Assembly (NCBI GenBank): GCA_037443265.1
Contig: JBBIOR010000024.1
Span: 1 to 27,760, forward strand
DNA from: Candidatus Fraserbacteria bacterium
Lineage (GTDB): Bacteria > Bipolaricaulota > Bipolaricaulia > RBG-16-55-9
Reading direction: 5' to 3'
Length of the DNA: 27,760 bases
Position numbers and translations under genes: made by a program. Below, one piece after another: positions 1 to 8,902 of this stretch. How positions within the stretch are numbered: position 1 is the stretch's first letter; each line of letters starts with the position of its first letter. The notes under the pieces are model-generated. The model had not been told where the DNA came from, ran no database searches, and saw only the letters and a program-made list of their open reading frames with translations.

Positions 1-69
1 GGAGGTGAAACCTCCCTGCTGGCTGGCGTGTAGCTCTTTAGATAGCATAGACGGTGAGGAGGGAAAATC

Positions 70-1029
70 ATGAGATTCGCGAAGGTGTTGGCCGTTGCGC
101 TTTCGGCCCTTATGGGGACGATCCAGCCTGCCCCCGCCCAATCCCAACAAGGACCCACCCCACAGACGGTCGCCTTGCTGGTCCAGCAGGCCCAGATCAT
201 TCTCCCTTCGGATTCACGCTTCAGCCAATGGCTCGGTCAATTCGCCGTTCGGGTCGGCCTAAGCGGTCCGGCGCTCGGCCACGCGTTTGTCGGCGCGGCC
301 AGCCCCGTCGTCTCTTTGGGCAACGGCATCTCGTACTACCCGTTGCCCTCTGCTTCCGGTCTCGATCTGAGGCAGATCGCCGGCGGACAGACCCCGGCCG
401 CTCTTCTAGGTGTAATGACGGTTCCTCCAGGGGCGACGTTGGCCGGCCAGACCCTGCCTCAGAGGCTGGGTCTGGTCGCCATGACCGGCTCACTCGTCGT
501 GGTGCTCATCGATCTCTCCACAGGGAATGTGATCGCCTTTCTCATTCTGCCCGCAACGCCCATTCTTGCCTTCTCGTTCTTCCCTGTGAGCTTCCTGCTG
601 CCGGTGGTCGTCCAGTTCATCTCCGTTCCGATCTTCCCCTTTGTCTTCTTCCCATTCCCGATCTTTCTGGCCTGCCCGGCGCTGCCTGTATCTGTGCCCA
701 TAAACGTCTCCGTCGGAAGCGGAGCTGTGCTCGCCACCGTGATAAGCGACGGCAGCCCCGTCTTTCAGATCCAAGAGGGGGGCTTTGAGGAGGGAAAGCC
801 AGCTTTAAGGATCACTTCCTTTGGGCCTTCGCTGCAGTTTACGCTGATGAGTGCCGGTAGCCTGCAGATCGGCTTCATGGGCGGCGGCTCTACGGCTAAG
901 GCCCAGTTGCCGTTGCTCTCTTCCTTCCGGCTGCTGGTGCAAGGGGGAGGGAAGACGGCCTGCGTGGCCGCCGCGGTGATCCCCTTGGGCTTCGGCCTGC
1001 TCATCAGCGGGATGGCCGCCATGAATTGA
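70..1029 (+). CDS. Hypothetical exported protein, very hydrophobic, with a Phe/Pro-rich central segment
   Basis: 319-aa ORF; GAGGAGG RBS at about 56-62; signal-peptide-like N-terminus (MRFAKVLAVALSALMGTIQPAPA-Q); no family recognised. Confidence 0.75.
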   Translation: MRFAKVLAVALSALMGTIQPAPAQSQQGPTPQTVALLVQQAQIILPSDSRFSQWLGQFAVRVGLSGPALGHAFVGAASPVVSLGNGISYYPLPSASGLDLRQIAGGQTPAALLGVMTVPPGATLAGQTLPQRLGLVAMTGSLVVVLIDLSTGNVIAFLILPATPILAFSFFPVSFLLPVVVQFISVPIFPFVFFPFPIFLACPALPVSVPINVSVGSGAVLATVISDGSPVFQIQEGGFEEGKPALRITSFGPSLQFTLMSAGSLQIGFMGGGSTAKAQLPLLSSFRLLVQGGGKTACVAAAVIPLGFGLLISGMAAMN

Positions 1030-1119
1030 CGGCGCTGGGCGCGGAATTTGCCAAAAACCACGGCTATGGGCTAGGCTAGGGGTCATCCGTAACTCAATCT
1101 TACGAAAGGATGTGGAGGA

Positions 1120-1401
1120 ATGAACAAGGGTCAGCTGGTGGAGATTGTATTCCAGGGGGCGAAGCTGCCCAGCAAGGCCGCGGCGCGGCGGGCCGTGGAG
1201 GCAGCCCTCCAAGCCATTATGGAAGCCGTCGCCCGAGGGGAGTCCGTCACCCTGGCTCGCTTCGGCACCTTCCGGCCCGCCATGCGCCAGGGAGGAAGGC
1301 GCTTTAACCCGAGGACCCGACAGCCCATGGACGTGCCAGCCAAGAGGGTCCCTCGATTTCGAGCCAGTCAACGATTTAAGAAGATAGTAGCGAGGGGATA
1401 G
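1120..1401 (+). CDS. hup: HU/IHF-family DNA-binding protein
   Basis: 93 aa; MNKxxLV start, GESVTL..FGTF, NPRT arm, VPAKRVPRF; GGAGG at 1114-1118. Confidence 0.92.
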   Translation: MNKGQLVEIVFQGAKLPSKAAARRAVEAALQAIMEAVARGESVTLARFGTFRPAMRQGGRRFNPRTRQPMDVPAKRVPRFRASQRFKKIVARG

Positions 1402-1473
1402 CTGAGAGACACCAAGCGCTCTGGCATGTGATAGGCGGAAGGCCGGCCGGACTGCCCAGTAGCCGGCAATATT

Positions 1474-2499
1474 TTAGCTGCTGCTAAGCCAGCTCTCCAT
1501 GGGCTCGGTCGAGTGGACGACGTGCATGCCCGCGCCCGCGAATCTCTTAAAGGCCGCATCGGCTTGCTCCGTGTAATCGACCACGCTGGGCACGACCACC
1601 GGCGACGTGCAGTCTTCGAGTAGATAGACTCTCTTTGCTAGGCGCTCATCCCGAGCTCGCACCTCCTCTAAGAGATCATCAATCGTCCAGGCCACACAAT
1701 GGCTCTTGGCCTGCCCCGCGATGATCACCGCATCAAACTCGAGAAGCTCCTGGACGAAGGCATCGTTCTTCTGAGCAATCGGCTTCCCGTCTGGCCCCTC
1801 TAGCATCTCTGGCCCCAGGATAGAATAGTGCTCCGTCAAGGGATTATTGCCCTTGATCTGAAAGTTAGGCTGGCTGTAGCGGGCGATCGAGTGGAAGAAG
1901 ATCGCTTCTTCCACAGCTGAGACGAGTGCATGGCCAATGCCGCCCAGCATCGCATGATAGGGCCAGATGGTCAAATCGTACTTTCCACTCTGCTTCAGCG
2001 TCTTTGTGTAGTGCTCCAGATGGAGCTGCCCATAAGATGGCTCTATTTGAAGGCTCTTGGCCACGGCCGGATTGAATCTCCACCGGCCCTTCTGGATGTC
2101 CTCGGCAGAGATAAGCGTGAACGGCCCTGGATGTTCGCCCTTCTCGTTGACCAGAAAGATCGAGTGGAAGATCTGCAGCGCTTGATGGGTGTCCATCGTC
2201 AGGGCAATCTGCGTGATCACATCGAGATTTCTGTAGATGAACTCGCACAGACGACGGTTGTCGTCCACAGCTGCCGTCCCCGAGCGCCCGCCCACATAAA
2301 GCTCATAGCCGGGAATGCAAAACGTGTTCTGCACATCCACCGCGACTAGACAGATGCGAAATCTGTCTTCCGAGGCCGGTCGGATATGGTGCTGCTCCGC
2401 CCATCGGCGGGCCTCTTCGGCCCGCTCTTGATAGGGCACCCTCCAGACTTCGCCCACGGTCTCAGGATTAAAATGGGGTGGAATGGGCAATGCGGCCAT
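1474..2499 (-). CDS. Isochorismatase/nicotinamidase-like cysteine hydrolase
   Basis: VDVQNTFC (catalytic Asp), [21 protein letters not shown] (catalytic Cys); start moved to ATG 2499, which has GGAGG at 2506-2510. Confidence 0.85.
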   Translation of the reverse strand: MAALPIPPHFNPETVGEVWRVPYQERAEEARRWAEQHHIRPASEDRFRICLVAVDVQNTFCIPGYELYVGGRSGTAAVDDNRRLCEFIYRNLDVITQIALTMDTHQALQIFHSIFLVNEKGEHPGPFTLISAEDIQKGRWRFNPAVAKSLQIEPSYGQLHLEHYTKTLKQSGKYDLTIWPYHAMLGGIGHALVSAVEEAIFFHSIARYSQPNFQIKGNNPLTEHYSILGPEMLEGPDGKPIAQKNDAFVQELLEFDAVIIAGQAKSHCVAWTIDDLLEEVRARDERLAKRVYLLEDCTSPVVVPSVVDYTEQADAAFKRFAGAGMHVVHSTEPMESWLSSS

Positions 2500-2578
2500 A
2501 GACAACCTCCTTCCCCTGCATGTGCTTTCTGTATCCGTCCCAGTGTAAGGCCGGGGGAGCCGTTCTCGCAAGGCCAGG

Positions 2579-4012
2579 CTACGGAGAGCGAACGAGAGAG
2601 GGTGCAGGAGAAAGCTCGATCAGACGATAAGCCGACTTGGAGATAGTCATCCCGCCTCTTAAGAGCTCAGCCCCCAGCATGATCGCTGGTGGATCTCCCA
2701 GTCTTTCCAACGGCAGGCGCAGCCAGAAAGTCCTCTGGTGAATGTCATGAGCGATCCTCAGGTCGCGCAAGAGCTCGCCGTTCAGATAGAGCCTTCCCTG
2801 GGATCGCACAAAGCGCCACGTCGATGGCAGCGCCCCATCGCCCCCGATCGTCTTGATATGCAGGAAGACAGCGCTCGTCGAGCGGAGGGGGTTGAAGAAT
2901 TCCACTTCGATCACAAGAGCATCGTCTGGGGTTTTGGCCAGACGCACCATCCGGATGTCGTTCTCTCCTCGGATTCCTCCCAGAAGAGTGTGTTCTCTGG
3001 GGTCCGGGTATGAGAGCCAGAACTCTGGCTGGGAGGAGCCATCGTCGAAGAGCTTTAGGGTGGGGACGCTGCCGAACAGCTCGTTGGCGCGCGCGAAGCT
3101 GATGAGATACAGCGGCATGTATTGCACCTGCGATTTGTACTCTCTGATGGCTCGATATTTTCTCAGGGTCTCATCCGGCGTGAGCGGAATGCTCCACCAT
3201 CGAGTGTCCGTGTAGTGCAACGAGCGAGGGAGCGAAAGCTTCGCCTTCAAAAATTTCCCCCGCGGCATGGGCCAGCGCCCATAATGGACCAGATACGCCC
3301 ATAGCTGGGCCCCTCGGAGAGTCTCGTCTGGCGGGTGCTGACGCTTGAGTTGTTCTAAGGCGTAGAGCGTGAACGCATGCGCGCTCCAGTGATCGGCGTG
3401 TAGGTCATTGGGGTGCGGCAGATAGATCGTCTTTGGCTTCTCTCGCTTTAGGAGGGCTTCGAGATCTCGCACGACCGAGAGGCCGCAGTAGGGTGCTCCG
3501 GGGGTGAAGCTGTTCGCATAGGGGGATCGGTTTGCTCCAGTCTGTGAGGAAGTATAGAGGCGATCGCAGTCCCAGTAGTGGTTCCAAAGTTGGGCAAGAC
3601 CCCGATCGGGATAGCCTAGGAAGATGACGTTTTCCTCCGGGACTCCGAGTTGCCGCAGGGCTTTGCGGCTCTCCTCCTGCCGCAGGTAGCCGAATTGGAT
3701 CGCCTGCGCCCGCTTGTGGAACAGTCCGCGATATTGCCCATCCCCGTTAGTGAATAGCACGACGACCACCCGATCCCCCTGGGCGAGATGCCGCTGGATG
3801 ACTCCCCCAGCTCCCAGCACCTCGTCGTCACTGTGCGGTGCGATGACCATCGCCGGCCCCAGAAGCTCGCCGTCGAAGATCTGGACCACCTCTCCTGAGT
3901 TGCTGAGATACCCGTAATAAACACCCATGGCGCCCCCCAGGGCTAAGAGCACCGCCAAAAGGGTGCGCCGCGCCCTGGTCATCGTTATTTTGGGAAGCAC
4001 CCTTCGAATCAT
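2579..4012 (-). CDS. PIG-L/LmbE family deacetylase with N-terminal membrane anchor and extra C-terminal domain
   Basis: APHSDDE and HADH metal motifs, [19 protein letters not shown]; hydrophobic N-terminal helix. Confidence 0.88.
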   Translation of the reverse strand: MIRRVLPKITMTRARRTLLAVLLALGGAMGVYYGYLSNSGEVVQIFDGELLGPAMVIAPHSDDEVLGAGGVIQRHLAQGDRVVVVLFTNGDGQYRGLFHKRAQAIQFGYLRQEESRKALRQLGVPEENVIFLGYPDRGLAQLWNHYWDCDRLYTSSQTGANRSPYANSFTPGAPYCGLSVVRDLEALLKREKPKTIYLPHPNDLHADHWSAHAFTLYALEQLKRQHPPDETLRGAQLWAYLVHYGRWPMPRGKFLKAKLSLPRSLHYTDTRWWSIPLTPDETLRKYRAIREYKSQVQYMPLYLISFARANELFGSVPTLKLFDDGSSQPEFWLSYPDPREHTLLGGIRGENDIRMVRLAKTPDDALVIEVEFFNPLRSTSAVFLHIKTIGGDGALPSTWRFVRSQGRLYLNGELLRDLRIAHDIHQRTFWLRLPLERLGDPPAIMLGAELLRGGMTISKSAYRLIELSPAPSLVRSP

Positions 4013-4133
4013 GATTCTACTCCCTCGGCTCCGGTACCCTCAAGGCCGCGCCAGCTTCCCATTGTATAGGAATTCCCCTATTTTCTGACCAAACAGGCTC
4101 AACAGGGCTGGCCTTGCCGGGGGAGGGGGAATC

Positions 4134-4147
4134 ATGATCAAGATCAT
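4134..4147 (+). promoter_or_regulatory. FNR/CRP-like palindrome ATGAT-CAAG-ATCAT upstream of cox operon
   Basis: TGAT-N4-ATCA inverted repeat centred at about -41.5 relative to promoter TTGCAG(4147)-17-TATATT(4170). Confidence 0.6.
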
Positions 4148-4175
4148 TGCAGAGCGGCCGTCCGGATCGTATATT
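4147..4175 (+). promoter_or_regulatory. Putative sigma70 promoter P1 of cox operon
   Basis: TTGCAG 4147-4152, 17-bp spacer, TATATT 4170-4175. Confidence 0.55.
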
Positions 4176-4190
4176 GCCATCAATTATCGT

Positions 4191-4219
4191 TTGCAGACAA
4201 GGGGCGTTGTCTTTAGAAT
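4191..4219 (+). promoter_or_regulatory. Putative sigma70 promoter P2 giving a leaderless coxB mRNA
   Basis: TTGCAG 4191-4196, 17-bp spacer, TAGAAT 4214-4219, then 6 nt to ATG 4226; no SD next to the ATG. Confidence 0.55.
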
Positions 4220-4225
4220 CGAGCC

Positions 4226-5035
4226 ATGCAAGGGATCGCTCTAGCTATCGTTCTGGTCGGGATCGTCCTCGGAGCCGTGCTGGTGACCCTAAGTGGGATC
4301 TGGTGGCTGCCTCCTCTGGCCTCCAACTGGGGCAGCATCGACACGATGCTCATCATCACTCTTGTGGTGACCGGGCTGGCCTTCATCGGGGTCAACGTGG
4401 TTCTGGCCTATTTTGTCTTCCGCTATCGAGTGAAGGAGGGGCAAACGGCTATCTTCTTGCCGGATCAGCCGAAATTGGAAAAGGTGCTCCTTTACATCAC
4501 CAGCTTGGGGATCATCGTCCTGCTCGCTCCGGGTCTTTTCGTCTACTCGCGCTTCATCAGTCCGCCCCGAGAGGCCATGGTCGTGGAGGTGGTCGGGCAG
4601 CAGTGGACGTGGGGCTATCGCTATCCTGGAGGGGACGAGCAGCTGGGCCGCGCGGACCCTAGGCTCATCGGCCCGCAAAATCCCTTCGGGCTCGATCTGG
4701 ACGATCCGGCCAGCCAGGATGACATCCTGATCGCCCCAGGCGGTCAACTCCATCTGCCCGTAGGGAAACCCGTTCTATTAGAGATCCGCGCCAAGGATGT
4801 GCTTCATAGCTTTTATGTGCCCCAATTTAGGATCAAGATGGACGCGGTGCCGGGCTTGGTCACGAAGCTCTGGTTCACCCCGACCAAGACGGGGACGTTT
4901 GAAGTGCTCTGTGCGGAACTCTGCGGCATCGGGCACTTCAACATGAAGAGCGCCGTGGTGGTCGAAGGCCCCGAAGAGTTCGAAAGATGGCTCAAGGAGC
5001 AGCCCACCGTCGCCCAGACGCTGGGGCCAAGATGA
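4226..5035 (+). CDS. coxB: Cytochrome c oxidase subunit II (CuA), no fused cytochrome c
   Basis: QQWTWGYRY, DVLHSF, CAELCGIGHFNM CuA ligands; N-terminal TM helices. Confidence 0.96.
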   Translation: MQGIALAIVLVGIVLGAVLVTLSGIWWLPPLASNWGSIDTMLIITLVVTGLAFIGVNVVLAYFVFRYRVKEGQTAIFLPDQPKLEKVLLYITSLGIIVLLAPGLFVYSRFISPPREAMVVEVVGQQWTWGYRYPGGDEQLGRADPRLIGPQNPFGLDLDDPASQDDILIAPGGQLHLPVGKPVLLEIRAKDVLHSFYVPQFRIKMDAVPGLVTKLWFTPTKTGTFEVLCAELCGIGHFNMKSAVVVEGPEEFERWLKEQPTVAQTLGPR

Positions 5036-5050
5036 AGGAGGTCTTAAGCG

Positions 5051-6802
5051 ATGGAGCATCCAACCCATAGGGCTCGGGTTGAGCACGAGGCCCATCACGA
5101 GCCGACGGGCTTCTGGAGGCGATATATTTTCAGTCAAGATCACAAAGTGATTGCGCTGCAGTACACGATCACGGCCTTGCTTGTGGGGGCCGTGGGGATG
5201 GGCTTCTCGTGGCTCTTGCGCCTGCAGCTGGGCTTCCCTGGGGAATTTAAATTCATCCAGCCTGAGAATTACCTGCAATTTGTGACCCAGCACGGCATGA
5301 TCATGATCGTCTATCTCTTGACGGCGCTGCTCTTGGGCGGCTTTGGGAATTATCTCATCCCCTTGATGATCGGCGCGTGGGACATGGCTTTTCCGTTCCT
5401 CAACATGCTGAGCTACTGGACGTATCTGGTCTCAGTAATTCTATTGTTTGCGGCCTTCTTTGTGGCAGGCGGGCCCACTGGGGCCGGCTGGACCCTCTAC
5501 CCACCTCAATCCGTCATCGAGGGAGCCTCGCCGGGGGCCGGGTGGGGCATCCGGCTCATGCTGATCTCGTTGGCCGTCTTCGTCGCCGCGGCGACCATGG
5601 GCGGTCTCAACTACGTGACCACCGTACTACAAGGGCGCACCCGCGGCATGACCCTGATGCGCCTGCCTCTTTCGGTCTGGGGCATCTTCGTGGCTTCGGT
5701 GCTGGCACTGCTGGCCTTCCCCGCGCTGTTTGTGGGCGGGGTGATGCTGCTACTCGACAGCCTCGCTGGCACCAGCTTCTTCGTCCCCACGGTCAATCTG
5801 TTCGGGCGGCAGCTCGGACATGAGGGCGGCAATCCCATTCTATTCCAGCACCTATTCTGGTACTTCGGCCATCCGGAAGTTTATATTGTCATCCTGCCAG
5901 CCATGGGTTTAGTTTCAGATATCATCGCCAACCACGCGCGTAAGCCAATCTTCGGCTACCGCGCCATGATCTGGGCGATTCTGGCCATTGGCGCCATCAG
6001 CTTCGTCGTCTGGGCCCACCACATGTTCGTGAGCGGCATGAACCCCTACTTCAGCTTCTGGTTCGCCGTCTCCACGCTGGCTGTGGCCATTCCTTCCGCG
6101 ATTAAGACCTATAACTGGCTGCTCACCCTGTGGGGGGGGAATCTTCGCTTCACGACTCCGATGCTCTTTGCCATTGGGTTTGTGAGCACGTTCGTGGCTG
6201 GGGGGCTCACAGGGCTCTTCTTGGGCAACGTCGTGGTCAATGTGCATCTGACGGACACGTATTTTGTAGTGGGCCACTTCCATCTGGTGATGGGAGTCTC
6301 AGCCATCCTGGGAATCTTTGCCGGGCTCTATCACTGGTTCCCCAAGGCGACCGGACGCCTCTATAACGAGACGCTGGGCAAGATTCACTTTTGGGTGACT
6401 TTCATCGGGACATATCTCATCTTCTTCCCGATGTACTGGCTGGGCTTTCTGGGTGTGCCGCGCCGCTACTTCTCGTTCTCGGCCGTCGAGTCGCTGCCGC
6501 CATCGGCCCAAGGGCTTAGCGCCTTCATCACCGTGGTGGCGCTCATCGTGGGGGCCGCTCAGCTCCTCTTCGCCTTCAATCTGATCTGGAGCGCCCTAAG
6601 GGGTAAGAAATCCGATGGGAACCCCTGGCATGCCACGACGCTGGAGTGGCAGACGCCCACCACCCCGCCGCCGCACGGCAACTGGGGGCCTGAGGAGCCT
6701 GCCGTCTACCGCTGGGCGTATGACTACAGCGTCCCCGGCGCACCTCAAGACTACATCCCGCAGAATGTGGCAGAAGTCCCCGCTGCGACCCAAAAGAAAT
6801 AG
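5051..6802 (+). CDS. coxA: Cytochrome c oxidase subunit I, type A1
   Basis: DHKVI (D-channel), QHGMIM, GWTLYPP, FGHPEVY (A1 motif), WAHHMF, PSAIK (K-channel), GHFH, PRRY. Confidence 0.97.
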   Translation: MEHPTHRARVEHEAHHEPTGFWRRYIFSQDHKVIALQYTITALLVGAVGMGFSWLLRLQLGFPGEFKFIQPENYLQFVTQHGMIMIVYLLTALLLGGFGNYLIPLMIGAWDMAFPFLNMLSYWTYLVSVILLFAAFFVAGGPTGAGWTLYPPQSVIEGASPGAGWGIRLMLISLAVFVAAATMGGLNYVTTVLQGRTRGMTLMRLPLSVWGIFVASVLALLAFPALFVGGVMLLLDSLAGTSFFVPTVNLFGRQLGHEGGNPILFQHLFWYFGHPEVYIVILPAMGLVSDIIANHARKPIFGYRAMIWAILAIGAISFVVWAHHMFVSGMNPYFSFWFAVSTLAVAIPSAIKTYNWLLTLWGGNLRFTTPMLFAIGFVSTFVAGGLTGLFLGNVVVNVHLTDTYFVVGHFHLVMGVSAILGIFAGLYHWFPKATGRLYNETLGKIHFWVTFIGTYLIFFPMYWLGFLGVPRRYFSFSAVESLPPSAQGLSAFITVVALIVGAAQLLFAFNLIWSALRGKKSDGNPWHATTLEWQTPTTPPPHGNWGPEEPAVYRWAYDYSVPGAPQDYIPQNVAEVPAATQKK

Positions 6803-6810
6803 TCTGGACC

Positions 6811-7455
6811 ATGATGAAACTCAAGGCGCAATTCAAGAGAGGGATCAGCAGAGCCCTCAATGGCTATGGCAGCGATGGCAGCTGGGGTGCCCGCGGCTGG
6901 GGCTCTGATGGGAGCAGAGAGTTCCCCATGCCGGCAACGAAGCTCGGGCTCTTCGCTTTCTTGGCCGCGGCTACTGTGCTGTTCGCCATGCTCACCAGTG
7001 CCTATCTGATGCAGCAGGCCATGTCTGACTGGCGCCCGTTGCCCCTGCCCGCTTTACTCTGGCTGAACACCGGGCTCTTGCTTCTAAGCAGCGCAGCGTT
7101 AGAGTGGGCCAGGCGCTCAGCTCGCCGCCATCTTCCTCGCACGAGTCTCTGGTTGCTGGCGGCCGGGGTCCTGGCCATTCTCTTCATCACTGGGCAGCTT
7201 TGGGCCTGGCAGAAGCTGAGCGCAGCTGGCTACTTTCTGGCGACCAACCCGTCCAGTAGCTTCTTCTATCTGCTGACGGCCATCCACGGCCTGCACGTGC
7301 TGGGGGGTCTTGTGGCCTGGGGCCGAACGATGACTCAAATGCGACAGAAGACTTTTGCCCCCCAGACTCAGTTGAGCGTAGAGTTGTGCGCCCTCTACTG
7401 GCACTTTCTCTTGCTCGTCTGGCTGGTGATGCTCTTACTCTTCTGGCTGACGTGA
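6811..7455 (+). CDS. Heme-copper oxidase subunit III-like protein (first of two; CoxO-like)
   Basis: LWLNT..LLLSS, TAIHGLHV, LYWHF motifs; start could be 6811, 6814 or 6928. Confidence 0.88.
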   Translation: MMKLKAQFKRGISRALNGYGSDGSWGARGWGSDGSREFPMPATKLGLFAFLAAATVLFAMLTSAYLMQQAMSDWRPLPLPALLWLNTGLLLLSSAALEWARRSARRHLPRTSLWLLAAGVLAILFITGQLWAWQKLSAAGYFLATNPSSSFFYLLTAIHGLHVLGGLVAWGRTMTQMRQKTFAPQTQLSVELCALYWHFLLLVWLVMLLLFWLT

Positions 7456-7494
7456 CGGCAACGAAACGAAAGGGAAGGGGGAAGACACGACCTC

Positions 7495-8193
7495 ATGCCA
7501 TCGCAACCGCAGGAGTGGGTGACTGCACCGCTGCCGGAGAAGCAGCGCACCTCGTTGCGCCAGCTTTTGACCGATTGGGCGTCCGACCGGCAGGCGTTTC
7601 GAGTCCGCTGGAGCAAGGCGATGATGTGGATCTTCATTTTGGGGGACGCCTTCGTCTTCGGGAGTCTCCTGACGAGCTACGGGGCGGCTCGGGCGGCCGC
7701 TACTGCTCCCTGGCCGAACGCAGGGGAAGTCTTTGCACTGCGGATCGGCGGGGCCCAGATCCCGCTCCTTCTTGTAGCCATCATGACTTTGATCCTGCTG
7801 AGCAGCGGGGGCACGATGGCCCTCGCGGTGGCCTATGGGTTCCGCCATGATCGCAAAAGAGCGGCGCTGTTTACGGCACTGACGGCCCTATGTGGCGTGC
7901 TGTTTGTGGGCTTGCAAGCGTTCGAGTGGACGAATCTCATCCACGAGGGCGCGCGGCCGTGGACCAACCCCTGGGGTGCGCCCCAGTTCGGCGCTTCGTT
8001 CTTTCTGCTTACGGGCTTCCACGGCCTCCACGTGAGCGTCGGGGTCTTAATTTTGACGATTGTAGCCGCACGCGCCGCCCGCGGCCTCTACGACCAGAAA
8101 GGCGACTATCTCGCCGTCGAGCTCGCTGGACTCTACTGGGGCTTCGTGGATCTCGTGTGGGTCTTCCTATTCCCGTTCTTCTATCTCTTCTAG
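7495..8193 (+). CDS. Heme-copper oxidase subunit III-like protein (second; CoxP-like)
   Basis: KAMMWIFILGD, QAFEW, LTGFHGLHV, GLYWGFVDLVWVF. Confidence 0.9.
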   Translation: MPSQPQEWVTAPLPEKQRTSLRQLLTDWASDRQAFRVRWSKAMMWIFILGDAFVFGSLLTSYGAARAAATAPWPNAGEVFALRIGGAQIPLLLVAIMTLILLSSGGTMALAVAYGFRHDRKRAALFTALTALCGVLFVGLQAFEWTNLIHEGARPWTNPWGAPQFGASFFLLTGFHGLHVSVGVLILTIVAARAARGLYDQKGDYLAVELAGLYWGFVDLVWVFLFPFFYLF

Positions 8194-8211
8194 CCGGGAG
8201 GAGACGCTAGG

Positions 8212-8901
8212 ATGAGCCAAAGCAAAGAAAAAGAAAGAGGAGAGCCACTGCCGAGCATCGGGACGTATCTTAGAGTCTGGGGTGCGATCGCCGTTCTCAT
8301 CACGCTCTCGTATGTGATCTTCCTTCTTGAGCTTGAGCCCTTGTGGCTGAGGAGGTTTCTCTTTACCGCTATTGCCCTCACCCAAGCGATTCTCGCTGTA
8401 AGTTATTTCATGCAGCTGCGTATGGAGCGGCCCAGTCTGGTCTACGCCGTCGTGCTCCCGCTTTTGTTGCTGATGGCGTTGATCGTCTTCGCCTTGGGCG
8501 AGGGGAGCTATGTCTTCGGCGTCCGGGAGGCGCAGCAGCTGACGACTCCGCTGGCAGAGAAGCCCTCTGAAAGACCCAGCCCCAAGCCGCAGGATCTCGT
8601 GGAGCTGGGCAAGCAACTGGCGCAGGCCAATGGGTGCTTAGCCTGCCACAGCACCACCGGCGAAAGGCTCGTCGGCCCCACATGGAAGGGGCTGTACGGC
8701 AGCCCAAGAGAACTGCAAGACGGCACCCTAGTCACCGCGGATGAGGGCTATCTGCACGAGTCCATCGTAAGCCCCAACGCCAAGATCGTGAAGGGTTTTC
8801 CTGCCGTGATGCCTCCCTTCGCCCATCTCAGTGAGGAGCAGATTCAAGCGATCATCGCCTTCATCAAGAGCCTCTCGCAGGAATCATCCAAAGGGGAGTG
8901 A
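8212..8901 (+). CDS. Cytochrome c oxidase subunit IV fused to a C-terminal monoheme cytochrome c
   Basis: Three TM helices with YFMQLRME (FMHL-like COX4 motif), Pro-rich linker, CLACH, VGPTWKGLYG, YLHESI..P, axial Met in VMPPF; GGAGG RBS. Confidence 0.88.
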   Translation: MSQSKEKERGEPLPSIGTYLRVWGAIAVLITLSYVIFLLELEPLWLRRFLFTAIALTQAILAVSYFMQLRMERPSLVYAVVLPLLLLMALIVFALGEGSYVFGVREAQQLTTPLAEKPSERPSPKPQDLVELGKQLAQANGCLACHSTTGERLVGPTWKGLYGSPRELQDGTLVTADEGYLHESIVSPNAKIVKGFPAVMPPFAHLSEEQIQAIIAFIKSLSQESSKGE

Positions 8902-8902
8902 G

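Noticed and set aside
54..788. 244-aa alternative-frame ORF
   Set aside because: Arg/Pro-rich shadow of the 70-1029 gene, which has the RBS and signal peptide.
1445..1474. Intrinsic terminator between hup and the hydrolase
   Set aside because: Stem is bulged with a very small loop and no clear U-tract; not supportable.
8831..8902. Longer ORF-track starts (ctaA 8831; also 2571, 16056, 21280, 27486)
   Set aside because: They overlap neighbours or lack RBS; downstream starts have SD sequences or stop-start overlaps.
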